Position numbers and translations under genes: made by a program
Notes under the pieces: generated by a model
The model's database searches: none
The model's input: only the letters and a program-made list of their open reading frames with translations
What the model was told of the DNA's origin: nothing
Origin: the human T2T-CHM13v2.0 reference genome, Homo sapiens
Assembly (NCBI RefSeq): GCF_009914755.1
Contig: NC_060930.1
Length of the DNA stretch: 64,000 nucleotides
Direction: 5' to 3' (one strand)
Part shown: positions 41,973-56,899 of the stretch, piece by piece
Layout: every line of letters starts with the position of its first letter
Numbering within the stretch: the first letter of the stretch is position 1

Positions 41973-42440
41973 GAAAATCACACTGGGCACATAATAATCA
42001 AGCTGCTGAAAAACCAGCGCTAAACATAAAATCTTAAAAGCAGCTGGGGTGAGCATGGGTGAAATAGGAAACAATTACTTATTAATGCATGAAAACAAAA
42101 ATATGTATGACAGCTGACTAATCATCACAAATCATGCTTTACAGATGATAATGGAGTCAAGTCTTTAAATTATTGAAAAAAGAAATCAACAACTTAGAAT
42201 TCCATATCCAGAAAAATATCTTTCAAAAATATGAGTAAAAGAAAGCTTTTTACAGACAACCAAAAGCTGAAAGAATTTACTGTCAGCATATAAGCACAAA
42301 AGTATCAAAGGAGGTTATTCAGGTAGAATCATAATAATAACATTTGGAAATCTGGATCTGTGCAAATGTAGAGCACCTCAAATGCCAATGAAAAAAATTT
42401 TAAATGCTTTTTTTATTATATTAAATCTTTTAAAAATATA
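41480..42440 (+). mobile_element. Old L1M fragment (ORF1-like region)
   Basis: A-rich diverged L1 ('agaattccatatccagaaaaatatctttcaaaaat'); contains (AC)20 at 41925-41965. Confidence 0.6.
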
Positions 42441-42447
42441 ATTGACA

Positions 42448-42760
42448 AGCCTGGCATGGTGGTTCATGCCTGTACTCCCAGTAATTTGGGAGGCTGAGTT
42501 AGGAGGATTGCGTGAGGCTAGGAGTTCGAGACCATCGTGGATAACACAGTGAGTCTCCATTTCTCCAAAATAAATAAATAAATTTAGCCAGTCACAGTGA
42601 CACATGCCTATAGTCCTAGCACCTTGGGAGGCTGAGGCTGGAGAATTGCTTAAGCCCACAAGTTGGAGGTTGCAGTGAGTTATGATTGTATCACTGCATT
42701 CCAGACTGGGCAACAGAGCAAGACCCTGTCTTAAAAGGAAAAAAAAAAGGAAAAAAAAAG
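42448..42760 (+). mobile_element. AluJ SINE
   Basis: Diverged Alu with J-type 'ggaggattgcgtgaggctaggagttcgagacc' and 'gcaagaccctgtc'; attgaca on both flanks. Confidence 0.9.
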
Positions 42761-42779
42761 ATCATTGACAATTTAAAGC

Positions 42780-44100
42780 AAGCAACCAACTGAGAGAAAA
42801 TATTTACTATATATATATTTGACTAGCAGCTGAATACAAATTATATAGATATTATTTAAAACTCCATAATAAAACAATAATAAAACATAATAAAACAATA
42901 AACACACAATAAAATATAATAAAATAAAGCATAACAAAACAATAAACTCAGGAAAAAAAAACCAAAAATTTTTAACAGACAGTTTACAAAATGAGATATT
43001 AGAAAGATCAAATTCATCACAAAAGATGTTCAATGCCAGTCATCAGAGAAGATGCAATTTAATATAAGATAGAAAAGTCTCTGGAGGCCACTATCTTAAG
43101 TGAAACAACTCAGACACAGAATGACAAATACCACATGTTCTCACTTATAAGTGGAAATAAATAATGTGTACACACAGAGGTAGAGTGTGGAATGACAGAA
43201 AATAGGGACTCAGAAGGGTGGGGGTAGGAGGGGGTGGATGAAGAGAAATTAATTACTGGGTACAATGTACATTATTCCAGTGATGGATACACTAAAAGCC
43301 CTGACTTCACCACTCTCAATATATCTATGTAACAAAATTATGATTATACTCCATTAAATTTATACAAATAATTTTTTAAAGAGGAAAGTCTGTATACACA
43401 GAATTACTAAAATAAATGACTGGCAAAACCCAGATTCTGTCAAGATTGTGGAGCAACTGGAACTCTTGTACATTGCTGGTGGGATTGTAAAAATATACAA
43501 ACATTTTGGAAAGCAGTTTTGCACTTTCTTATAAAGCTAAACATATACTTACCATGAGACCCTGCCACTCCAATTTAGACATTTTAAAAAATAAAAACAT
43601 TTGTCCATACAAACATTTGAACATGAATGTTCACAGCAGCTTTACTTGAAAGAACTCCAAACTGGAAACAACATATATATAACTGTTGAATGGATAAACA
43701 AATTAACAGTATGATCATAAGTGAAATAGTGCTCAGAAATAAAAAGAAATGAACTATTGATGACATGCAATAACATGGATGCACCTCAACAACATTATCT
43801 TGAGTGAAGGACTCCATACACAAGAGAGTTCAAAATGTATGAATCCATTTATTTGAAAATCTATTAAAGATGAATAGCATCATTATGATAAATGAAGTTT
43901 AGCATTATGATGAGTGTAGGTGGAATGGATTGGGCAGGTATTAAGGAAACACTTTGGAGATGGGATGATGGTAATCTTCTATATGATGATTGTAGTAATG
44001 GTTATCCAAAAGGTTATCCAAATGTATAAACATATCAAACTCATGAGCACATTGTATTGCAGTTTGGACATATTTATAGGATTCCTAAAATAAGCTGACC
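42780..44100 (+). mobile_element. Old L1M 3' fragments, including an L1MA-type 3' end inserted at 43081-43375
   Basis: 'gtggagcaactggaactcttgtacattgctggtgggattgtaaaa'; nested 'accacatgttctcacttataagtgg...ccctgacttcaccact' flanked by aaagtct. Confidence 0.7.
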
Positions 44101-46999
44101 AAGAAAAAGGACTTTTCTGATATGCCACAGAAATGTAGTGAGTTGCCCAAAGTGTGAATAACCTATCTTGAATAATCAGAATTCAAAAAAGAAGAATTAA
44201 AAGTCAAAGTTTCAGTGCTTAATCAGAAAAATGAAGACTTTTTAAAGTTATGAGAGAAAATATATTTTTAATATATGGAAATTTTATATCAGTGGTTCTC
44301 AGCTATGCTGATAGAAAAAAGTCAGTAATACCAAATCACATTGTTAACATTTTGACACTTTGAGACCAAAGAACACTTTAGGTATTAAACATTTATTCTG
44401 AGACAATAACATTTTTATTGGAAGAGATTGTAGGCAAAATTATGAAACAGAACTCATGTTTAAATAGCTTGAAAATTTGGCAGAAACTTTTTTTCTCTTT
44501 GTCAATACTCTATGGCATTCTCATATCAATCAGAGTATCTTTAGAGAAAAGAACATACCAGATTATTCTACTTATGTTAGCAGAATAATTCCTGTATAAT
44601 TGTATCAATACCTCTTTCCAAAAATCACTAGCTCTGACATTCTTCTGTAATTTAAAAACTGAAACTCAAAATTAAGAGCAATGCCATAAATATCTAATCC
44701 ATGAAATTCTCTTATTTTTGTTTTAAAGTGAAGCCATATGAATTAGTTGGTAAAGAGTAGGAAAAGTCAAAGTGTTCATGTAGCTTTAGATGAAATGAAG
44801 AATTAGCAAGGAGTAAAGAAAAAATAAACATTGTGCAAACAAATGGACTGTGTTACCTGGATATCGGTAGAATATACAAATTTTGGCATCTATTTTTTAT
44901 AGATCTCAAAGTCATTTTGATGTCTTTATATCCATCCTGGCTGATTTCTTCACTGTCTTCCCCATGGAATATTCTTCATTTCCTATATTTGAAAAATAAT
45001 TGTTATTTTAGCTGACTTCTCGGCTTGCACCGTTTTGCTCATCTTATCTTTCTGTACCTTACATTTATTTCAAAGCCACTCTTCACTGGGGTTCTCCTGT
45101 GATTTGTCTTTTTCTGAAATCTTTTGAAATTAAACTGTACCTCCCAGCACACTTAATTGCCATTTCATTGTTTCATAAGTGCAAACAATTTCACATAAAC
45201 TTAAACTTTGCTTATTCTAAGATACAAGCCACACATTCTCCATTCATCTTCTCAAAGTGATCTAATTTAGACATAACATATATTTGGTTATAGCTAGTTA
45301 TTGATAAATTGCTATTATCAAAATGCCAAAATGTGAAATAATTTCAAAACTAAATAATGAATAACTACTGCTTAAGAAAGGCAGATCTTTTTGTGTGTAT
45401 GTGGTGTTTCCAGTTATCTAGAAAAGATAATCCTATCTTCATGGAAAATAAATAAATTCGTTCCTGGAGAAGAATATATCTGAGATGAATTTTGGGAGGC
45501 TACAATAATTTGTTAAAAGAAGAAGCTTTAGTTTATTTTAACGTGTAATATTGCTCTGTAACCTTATTTTTTACATATTATGAAATCACTGAGTTTGTGA
45601 TGCTATAAAAGTATGTATTTTGTACTTTCTATTTTTCAACATCACATTTTAATGAATATATATTACTAAATTTATATAATAATTTAGTATCCTTGTTCTA
45701 TAATTCGAAATGTTATCTTTAAAAACACTTATTTCACTCTTCATTCCATGTATTCATGCTGTATCTGTTAGCACTATTCTTGACATTGGGAATATGGTAG
45801 TAAATAACATAAAGATCTCTACATTTATTGATTAGCACTGCATGAAATCTTTGTATATGTCAGGAATTATGACTTTTACATCTGTTTTCCTGTGTTGTAA
45901 TTTTACTTAATAACTGTTTTTATTGGACAAGATACTTCACATAGCTAAATCTTAGTTTTCTCATATATAAAGTTGAAATAATAACAAACAATTCATATGG
46001 TTGCTGTGAAGATTTCAGGGACTAATGACCATAGAACACTTAGTATGGAGTAATTACTAAAAAACAGAGTGAAAAGACTTGCTGGGTGCAAAGGAGCTTT
46101 CAGCATTGGCCACAATTGTACTTATACCACCCCACAAATTTTGGCTTTTGTGTTGATAGTGGTCACCATCCTACACTATATTACTTCCCTGTCACTGGAT
46201 TTTCAGTGGAATCTCCCTGGTCTATCATTTAAACCCAGTCCTTGATGGCTTAGAGCCTTAACAAATCTGTATAATTTTTTTTTTAAAGGAAAGATTTCTT
46301 TTACACAGTGTCACTTTACCCTATATTAAATAACTAAAGATCTCTCTCAACTTGTGTAATAGTATTTTGTATTTCAAAGTAATTTTCTGACACAATCTCT
46401 GATAAGAAGTATGTAGCCACTTCACTAGCTAAAATAAATTACTAAATAAACTGATTAAGAAACACATGTTTATATTATTTTGTTAGCAATAACATTGCTG
46501 AAAGCAAACAATCTACTACAATTTTAATGTTATCTCCATTTGCTGGTTCTGTATAATTACCTGCATAACCTTTATTCGTTCTGCTTAAATACTTCAATTC
46601 TATGATTTATGGGAAAATATTATACACTATAATGAAGAATTTACCTGAGTGTCTCTTTTCTCTCTCTTCCTCCTCATAGCCATCATTCATGTGTGTAAAT
46701 ATATATATATATATATATACACACATGCCAGTCCTCACAATAACAGTATTGCTTCAATTATTTACTCTAAATTGCCTATTTTAACCCTTCCTTTAGGTGC
46801 ACTTTAATTTCAAAACACAGTACTTAAGCTTTATGTCTCTTTTCTTTCCTTTATTCTTATTTTTGGAGCAGAAGTTTAAGTGCAGTTTAGTTTCCATTCT
46901 GTATGATAGAAATGCTAAAAGGCGTTTTGGGTCTAAATAACTATTTCATTTTCCCTACATTTATTATTACAGGCTCCCTTAAACTCAGCAATTTTAAAG

Positions 47000-47034
47000 C
47001 TATTTTTAGAGGCAAGCCACTCTAGATGGCAGCG
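47000..47034. promoter_or_regulatory. Adjacent MEF2 consensus site and CTCF-like motif
   Basis: CTATTTTTAG (47000-47009) and GCCACTCTAGATGGCAGCG (47016-47034) in a unique island. Confidence 0.3.
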
Positions 47035-48384
47035 GACTGATAGTTGACACTGAAACAATGAACTATGTCCTATTCCTCTTCGAGAATTTTTTTTTTTTTT
47101 TTTTTTTTTTTGCTAGCAAATAGCCAATTGTGAAGGATCTACTTTTCTCAGTTTTTAGTTCCAAAGTCCCATCAATCATACCAGTCCTGAGGGGAAAAAG
47201 CATCGTGTGTACACTAACATTTTCAAGCCCAAAGCTGTGTTGTTGCTCTCTCTAGCAGTACCATCTGCTCTGAGCCAACTTGAAAGCCAAGGGACTCCAG
47301 TAAACCTTCACGTCAAAAACTTCCCACTATGCAAGGAAATCATCATAAAGGATCTGTGTGAAATGTGAGCCACATACTTCAAAAAGAAGGCAGCAATGTT
47401 TGGAATAACACCATAGAATTCAAACAGAGAGCCTATTACGAAATTCACAAAGAAACAGCTAGACCAGGAGGTGGCACAATCTAAAGAAAACTGCAAAAAT
47501 TAAAGGAGTATAAAAAAGAAAAGAAAACCTGATCAGAATGTTGTCATTAAATAAACGTAAGCATACTTTAGTGATCCTGCTTTTAAAAGGGCTTTCTACA
47601 TTTTTGAAAATAGATAAAAATATTTTTTCAACAAAAGTTGTCTCATATTACATAGAATCATACTTTCAAGTTATCTTAAGTAATAATCAATACTTAAATC
47701 TTTTTGAAAGCATATGATTGAATTAACTTAAAAAAATTATCAATGCAGCCGAAGATTAAAATGAATGTTTCAAAAGTTCTAAAATTATGATGGTAGTATT
47801 GTGGACATAGAACTTCAAATAAAATAATAAAACTTAGGTTTTTATGCAGTTGTTTAGAACTATAAAATGTTTTTATTTTAATGATTTAAGCTGAGTCAAG
47901 TTCTTTATGTTGAAATATATTTTACTGTAGAAACAATAAGATAATAGAACTTATATTCCTCATCAGAACTTAATATACAACAAACTATATAAAATAAATA
48001 TGTATGTCATATTTAATTGTGATATACCTTTTTCTAACTGAAATTTAGCATGATAATACAAGGCCAGAAACATACTTTTTATTTCCCTTTAAGTATTTCA
48101 TTTTATCTTCATTTACGAGACATTATCTTGTATAGAATGTGCTGCTTGGGGAAAAAATGTAAGAAGTAGAGATTTTGATAAAGCAGAGAAGAACAAGAAA
48201 TCTTCAACAGAATAGCAATGTGGAAATTATGAACTTAGAAGTATCCAAGGAAAGGAAAATTCAAAAGCAGGAAAATCTCCTAAAGCCTAAGAATGAGGGG
48301 AAGTTTTGTGATATTCACTGAAACTGACTGGCGATGTGGAGTTTTTTTTGTTTTGGTTTTTGCTTTCTGCTATGAGTGTTAAAC

Positions 48385-48922
48385 ACTTAATCAGTTACCA
48401 TTTTGCTGTGGAAAAAAAATCATTCCAAATTTTAGTAGCTTAAGACAACATTTATGATTATCTCTCAGTTCCTTGTGATAAGACTGGCAAGGTGATTGTT
48501 ACTGAGTTCTTCATGCAGGTGTAGTTCAAAAGGAAGATTGGACTGAAGACATCTGAAGAATTGACTGGTTGTTAAAAATTGCTCACTGTATGGCTGCTTA
48601 TTGCTGTAGCTGTTGAGGCTAAGCATTGTACCTGTATATGATCTCCCTACATAGCTAGAACTCTCAATACATGGCATTTAGGTCCTCAGAGGAAGTGACC
48701 TAAAAGTAAGTTTCCAAGAGATTCATGATGTACAACTATTCTTATGATCTAGCCTGAAAAGTCTCTTTTTCCACTTGTTAATGTTTAATCAGGTCTTTAA
48801 GGTCGGCTAAATTTAAGAGGAGGGAGATAAGATCACATCTTTGGTCTCATCTTTAATTGGTGGCATATCATACTGGGAGGGAAGGAGTTGATAGTGGCCA
48901 TCATTAGACATTATCCACCTCA
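48385..48922 (-). mobile_element. Old MLT1 MaLR LTR
   Basis: 'attccaaattttagtagcttaagacaacatttatgattatctctcagttcc' MLT1-like terminus. Confidence 0.6.
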
Positions 48923-49899
48923 AATATAGTAAGTGTTAACCATTATAAATCTATGACTAAATATTCTAACAACTTTTGTTATTATAATTTAAATTTACAT
49001 TTTTGTAATTATATTTAAGTATTCAGTGCTTGCTTTTTACTAGGAATTGTACTTAGTGCTTTGTAAGTATATCTAATGTAATTTTTAGCCGTATGAAGTA
49101 GTTATTAGTTCTTGTAAAATGTAGGAAAGTTAATATTTTTTTTCAAGGTCACAGAACTGGTAAATGAAGTATTGCCTAAGGAGCTAAAATGTTTTCTCTT
49201 ATTGTGACACTGTTGCTGCATCTCTGACTTTATTGCTGACTTTTCTAGTTATTCACACTCCACAATGAGTGTTTTTCAATATTCTGTAGTTTATTTTCTT
49301 TAAATTGGGCAATTTTCTTTACTTATATGGCTCAGGTGATCACTTCTACGAATTGACTTTTAACCTTTGCAGTCCAATTCCTCATCTTTTTCTTTAGATT
49401 CAGTGCAGCATTTCCTAGTCCTTGTTGCACATTACCACTTGCATCTTCTTTAATGAGAAATAAAACACATCTGAGCATTATTTAACTTATTTTCCTATAT
49501 ATATTATTTCAAAAATCTCCAGTCTCTCAAGAAGTCAGAGCCTTCTATGATTATTTTCTTTCAGTCAATTTAAGTACCTTGTTCTGGTATCCCTTCTTTC
49601 ATAATATCAATTTGATTTATACTTCTGCTTCTGATTCCACATCAGTTCCTCCATCCACCATATAGATATAGTCACCTAATGTATGTTCCCCAATTGCTCT
49701 TTTGATTATGTCAAGACTCTAAAACAATTATTGAAGTTATATTTTATATGAAACAAACATTAACATTCTTAATTCAACAGAAAAGTTTCTCTTAAATTTG
49801 TTTTGCTGCTCTGCTCCAAATTGCTTGCCAATGTGTCTCTTCATTAGCACTTACACCCCCATGACATTTGAATATCTATATCTGAAGTTAATCAAAGGG

Positions 49900-50720
49900 T
49901 TCTGTATCTTTCTGGAATCAGGGATTTATTCAATCAACCTCTATGCAAATTTGAAAAAAAATAGCCATTCCATTTTTTTTTAAACACTATATTCTTGAGC
50001 CTTAGTCAATTTTTATCCTAATTATTTATTTCTTCTTAGCCTTATTTATTGTTTTTCCATCTCCAATGTTCCTGTCTTAAATTTCAGGTAAGGTTTAGGC
50101 ACTCATCATTCTTGATTGTATATTTCCAGATCAAAACTCTTACTTGACCCTAGGCTTAAATGCCTACAGGTAATTACAACTATTCTATAGACAAAATGAA
50201 ATGAATGATCAGATGTCCCCAACAAATCAGCTTTCCTCTGATATTTTCCCTTTTTAATCAGCTCTGATATTTCTCATTTTATATGTCCCATTTCTAATTC
50301 ACTGGCAACTTTTTAAAAAACTTTTCCATCAATATATATCATTAACCTAACCACTTCTAACCATTTTCATTATCAAAATCCCAATCCAAATGTTATTCTC
50401 TCTCTTCAGGGCATATGATAACCTTCTCATTGGTCTCCCTGCAGTCCACCTTCCACAGAGCGAGAGTGAGCTCTGTAAAACATAAATCAGATCACATCAC
50501 TCCCCGGCTAAAATCATACTTACGGCTACCAATTATACATGTAACAAAATGTATCTCCTGAATGTGGTTCATAAAACCTTACATGATCTTGTCCCTCCCT
50601 GCCTATTCTACACAATCTAGTCTGTATACATTCTCTACCCTTGAATCAGACTGGGCTTCTCCTACATTTCAAACATGTAAAATTTAATCTTGTCTCAGTG
50701 TCTTTGCATTAGGAAGCTAT
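49900..50720 (+). mobile_element. L2 fragment
   Basis: 'ctgtaaaacataaatcagatcacatcactcccc...aaaaccttacatgatcttgtccct'. Confidence 0.6.
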
Positions 50721-52457
50721 TCTTACATATTATTTTAAAGTAATAATTTTAATATGGTGTGATGTAGAAATTAAGTTTGAATGTTTTTTTCATAATGATG
50801 CCTAGTTGTTCCATTAACACTTGTTGAAAGCACTGTACTTTTCTCATTGAATATCCTAGTGCCATCATCCAAAATACATTGTATGTATGTGGGTCCATTC
50901 TGGATTCTGTTCTCTTTCATTACTCAGTGTGCAATTTTTTACCCAATACTACACTGTCTTGATTTCTGTAGTTTTATGGTAAGAGTTGAAATCAGATAGA
51001 ATGTCTTCTAATTTTGCCTTTCTGCTTTAAGATTCTTTTGCTCCTATAGGTCCTTTGTTTTATCATGTAAATTGTGGCTTCACTAAATATTACTGTAAAA
51101 AACCCTCCTTGAACTTGATTAGGAAGGCATTAAATCTAAAGACCGATTTGGAAGAATGGACTTCTTGTTAACATTGAGTCTTCCAAATAATGAACATGGT
51201 CTCTCCACTTATTTAGGTTATTTTAAATTTCTTTCTGCTTTATAGATTTTGATGTATATACTTTTTAATATATTATGTTCCTAAGTATTTCATAAGTTTT
51301 AATGCTATTGCAAAGAGTTCATTTTTATTACCTATTTTTTTCTTTAGTAAAAGTAAAATGCAATTGTTTTAAAATACAGATATTTTCTAATGAAACATTG
51401 ATAAATTGACTTATTAGTTCTAGTGATTTTTATTTTTGTAAATATTTAGTATTATTTAAATTGTGTATGTTTGTATGTAGTTGTTAATTTATGTTTCTAT
51501 AATAACCAGCAATTTAATAGGCTCTTTTTCCATTATTTTCCAACTTAAACTGCATCTCCTTTGGTTGCCTACATCGATGGCACCCGTCTACACTACGGAG
51601 TGCGGTTTTGCTTCAGAAATTATATAGAGTTGAATATGTGAATAAGTAGATTTTTACACAGTCTGTTGTAAAATTTCTGACTTTTGTTTCTTCCTGATGC
51701 CATATTGCCTAGCTGGAAATTCCACTGCAGTGGTGAATAGAAGTTGTAAAAGTATACCTTCTTGACTTATTTCTGGTCTCAAGAAAAACATGTTCATTGT
51801 CTCACTATTAAGTGTTTGTAAGTTAGCTGTAGATGATTTTAATAGACAACCATCATCGAATTTGAGAAGTTCCCTTCTGACTTTGCTAAGAATTTTTATT
51901 GTAAATTCTTGTTGAAGTTTGTCAAATTCCTTTTCTGCACCTATTGAGATGATCCTGTGGATTTTCTTCTTTATTCTCCTAATATTGTTGGATGATTTTC
52001 AAATGTTGAAATAACCTTATATCTCAGGGATAAATCACACTCTCTAGTGATCTACTATCGTTTCTACATATAATAGATGCATTTATATTTGCTGATATTT
52101 AATTGAGGATTTTTCTTTTATGTCACAAACAATATTGGACAGTAATTTTTCTTTCTGATAATATCTGTGTCAGCTTATTTTATCAGGTTATGCTGGCTTC
52201 ATAAAGCAAGCTGGGAAGATTTCTTTCACCTTTATTGACAGTATTTTCTTTAAGCATTTGATATAATTTATCATTTAATGCTTCCGGTTTTGGAATATTC
52301 TTTTTGAAATGGTTTTAAATTATAAATTTATTTTAATGCACATAAGGACTATTGACATTTTCTATTTTCTCTTCATTAATTTTGGTAAGTTGTAATTTCA
52401 AGATATTTGTCTGCTTTATCTAAATTGGAGAATTTTATACATAAAGAATTTCCTAAT

Positions 52458-53145
<688 letters not shown>

Positions 53146-53864
53146 CTAATGTTTCCTGTTTCTCTTTTCATAAGAGTGGAATCCGTAATGATGGCCATTT
53201 TATTATTCCTGATATTGTTAATTTGTATTTTAACTTTTTAAAAAAATAGTCTATTAGGAGTTTCCAATTTCATTACTCTTTTTGAAGAATCAATTTTTGA
53301 CTATTAATTTTCCTATTTATTTTCTCTTTAATTTTTATTCTAACATATTTTTCATTGTCTTTACTTTGGGGTTTAATTTGCTCTTTACTTTCTAGGGTTA
53401 CTAAGGTAGACATTTAGAACATTAGTTTTAGATCTTTATTCCTTGTATATGAAGCTTTTATATTCTCTGTAAAGATTAATTGGGCAATATTTCATATATT
53501 TTATATTTTGTCTTTTCATTATCATTCTGGTGAACTATTTTCTAATTGGCTTTGTGTTTTCTCCATTTACTTATGAGTTATTTAGAAGTGAGTTGCTTAA
53601 TTTTGAAATATTTGAGAATTTTCTAGATGCATTGTTTTGTTTTTATATATTTCTAATCATTTTACTTGTAGTTAGAAAACATATTCTAAATAATTTCAAA
53701 CCTTTGAAACTTATGAAGATTTATTTTATGGCCTAGTATATGGTCTATCTTGATAAATGTTCCATGAACACTGAAATAATATATGTTTTGAAGTTGCTAA
53801 ATAAAATTTTCTATAAATATCTATTTGCATATTCATTGGAAACAGTATTAAATTATACTGTATA

Positions 53865-54322
53865 TTTAGTAAGATAAATAATGATCCCCCAAAGATTTCC
53901 ATGTCCTAATCCCCAGAACCTGTGAATATGTTAATTTATGTGGCAAATGGATTTTGCAGGTGTGATTAAGTTAAGGCTCTTGATTATTCTGGATTATCCA
54001 GGTAGGCAAATGTAATTAGAAGGGCTCACAAGGAGGTAGGAAACTAAGAGAAGGAGGTGTTACAATAAATATGTAATGACAGTTGGAGTGATGTGGCTGT
54101 GAGCCCAGAAATGCTGACAACCTCTAGAACCTAGAAAAGACAATGAATGAGTTCTCTGTGGGTTCCTCCAAAAGGACTGCAGCTCTTCTCACACTTTGAT
54201 TTTGTCTTACATAAGGCTTACTTTGGACTTCTGACTTTCAGAGTTGACAAGTAATAAATCTGTGATTTTTAAACCACTAAGTTTGTGATAATTTGTTACA
54301 GCAACAATAGAAAACTAATGTA
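53865..54322 (+). mobile_element. MLT1D MaLR solo LTR
   Basis: 'cccccaaagatttccatgtcctaatccccagaacctgtgaatatgtta...ttgttacagcaacaatagaaaactaat'. Confidence 0.85.
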
Positions 54323-55740
54323 TTTCCTAATTCATATTTTGTCCACTTGTTATATCATTACTGAGAGAAGAATATTTAAATCTCTAATTCTGCCTGTGGT
54401 TTTTTATTTCTCATTTAGTTATGTCAATCACTGCTTTATACATTTTTTATAACTTTGTAATTAAGTGCATGTACATTTTAAGGATTAACCCTTTTATCAT
54501 TTTGAAATGACACCTCTCCAATCCTTCCAGTTTGACAATCTCAGTTTTTTAATTAGTATGTTTTTGTTCATTTTAATGTAATTTCTGATGGTCTAGGTTT
54601 AAATCTAGCATCTTAACCTCATTTAGGAAATGAGAAATTTTTAATATTCCACTCTGTCTTTTCTACTGGCTTTTTATCTGTAACTCTCGATGGTGGTCAT
54701 ATTGTTAAAGGGATTAAAATGTGCATTTGCAATTATCACATTCCATCTTGAATTAATACGACCCATTTCACATTTAAGAAACTTAAAACCATATAATTCT
54801 ACTTGCATACTCTCTGTGTTATTATTTTCTTTGTTTTATTCAAAATACTTATAAACTCACAGTATCCTATGATAATTTTTGCTTTACAGGGCTTATGGAA
54901 ATTTAAATAACTGAATAATATAAAAGCTAATATGTATTTATATTTTCAAATGCTTTTTTTTATTACTTCTTTACTACTGATTCAAATCTCCATTGATATA
55001 ATTTCCTTCTTCCTGAAAAACTTTGTGTTAGCATTTGCAAAATCCAGCATGCAGTTTCTATAGATTATGGTGATATAATTATCTCAAATTTCAGTAATTT
55101 GGTGTTGCCTTCATCTTGCCTTAATTTTTAAAATATATTTTTGGTGGCTAAAGAGTATTAAGTTGAAAGCATTTTCTTTTACCCTCCAATTATATCATTT
55201 CTTTTGTCTTCCCAGCTCCTTGTTTCTACACACATTCTCCTGTGTGTAATGTATTTTTTATCTGGATATTTAAAGACACTTTTATTAATTCTTGTTTTAG
55301 GACTATTATGACTATACTCTACCTAGATATGGTTTTCTTGATTTATCCTGCATAGTGTTTGCTGAACTTCCTAAATGAAGGTGCTAATGCTTTTAATCAA
55401 ATTTGAAATTGTTCAAACAATATTTCTTCAAGTATTTTCCATATAATATCCTTTCTGTTTTGTCCATCTGAAATTCTAATTTTTCTTATCTTTGTTTTAA
55501 TCTGATGCTTTTTCAAATTCATTCTTCTATCTTATTTTTAATATGCTTTCAGGTATAATATATAGGTGCTTTAATATAGTTTCCAAATAATTCCTTCATC
55601 AGATTATATTAATGAAACATCTGAGTACTTTTTAGGTCTGTTCCTAGTCATTAAATTTTCTTTTGCATGTCTAGCTCGGTTTAAAAAAATATCTATTGGA
55701 CATTGTGGATGATATTACTCCTTAATTTTAAGGTATTTAT

Positions 55741-56786
55741 TGTTGATAAAAATTCTGCTGTCAGTCAATTATCAATGTAAACCTGAACTCCCACATGGCA
55801 TCAGGGACTTTTTTGAACACTGTGCTAACAGATTTGACCAAACTTTACTCTGGTTTCCACCTGTTCTAGGTCATTCTCCTAAAGGTGACTCCAGTCCTGT
55901 GCTGAGTCCTGTGCATTCTCCTAAAGGTGACTCTAGTCCTGTGCTCAATAAAATGCAATGCTGCCAAACTGCAAATTGTCAATTGTCCTTACCGACTTTG
56001 TCAAAACATTTTTAATAATTGTTCATTTGACCCCTTCTTGTAATTCCTGATATCTCCAGATCCCCCAGTCCATTTTGTTCTTCCTTTTTTACCTTCCCAT
56101 TGTCTCTTTTTCTTCTTTTTTTTTTCTCTTGAAAAACTTCAAGTGCGGGTATAAATTAGTTCAGCCATTTTAGACAGCAGTTAGGAGATTTCTCAAACAA
56201 CTAAAAGAACTATCATTTAACCCAGCAATCCCACTACTGGCCGTATATCCAAAGGAAAATAAATAAAAGAAACATGGCTTTGTATGTTTATCACTGCACT
56301 ATTTTACAATAGTAAAGCCATGGAATCAACCTAGGTGCTCATCAAAGATGAATTGGATAAAGAAAATGAGGAACATACACATGATGTAATCACAAAGCCA
56401 TAAAAAATAATGAAATCATGTCTTTTTCAGCAACATGGATGCAACTGGAGGCCATTATCCTAAGTGAGTTAATGCAAAAAATGGAAAAATAAATGCTGCA
56501 TGTTCTCTCTTATAACTGGAAGCTAAACATTGGGTATGCATGGACACAAAGAGGGAAACAATAGACACTGGGGACTACAAAACAGGAGAGGAGGGAAGAG
56601 AGGAGGGGTTGAAAAACTACCTATTGGTACTACTTAAATAAAAGTTGACAAAAAAATCTTCGGCCATCTTTGTCTTAGTTGAATTTAAGCTGTTTATACT
56701 GGAGTCAGTCTCCCAAACTTAAATAAACTGAATAAAATCTGTCTTGCTGCCTTTAACAAAGTCTCTGATGTTTTCTTTGATGTCAC
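55741..56786 (+). mobile_element. Probable ERV1-class solo LTR (subfamily unresolved), split by an L1 fragment
   Basis: TG...CA ends, 'ttgaccaaacttta', and 'ctgaataaaatctgtcttgctgcctttaac' poly(A)-signal region. Confidence 0.45.
56143..56655 (+). mobile_element. L1PA15/16- or L1PB-type 3' fragment
   Basis: 'cccagcaatcccactactgg...gcaacatggatgcaactggaggccattatcctaagtg...gttgaaaaactacctattgg'. Confidence 0.85.
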
Positions 56787-56899
56787 ATATCCCATAAGCA
56801 ATGTATCTCTATTCACTGCAAGCGTTTAATATTACTTTTATATTTGATGTTCTGTAATTGTAATACTAAGTGCCTAGCTCTTAAAAATTATTAATATTA

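Noticed and set aside
55872-55945. Repeat-spacer-repeat resembling a CRISPR array (also 12461-12493)
   Set aside because: Eukaryotic context, only 2-3 units, no unique spacers, no cas genes
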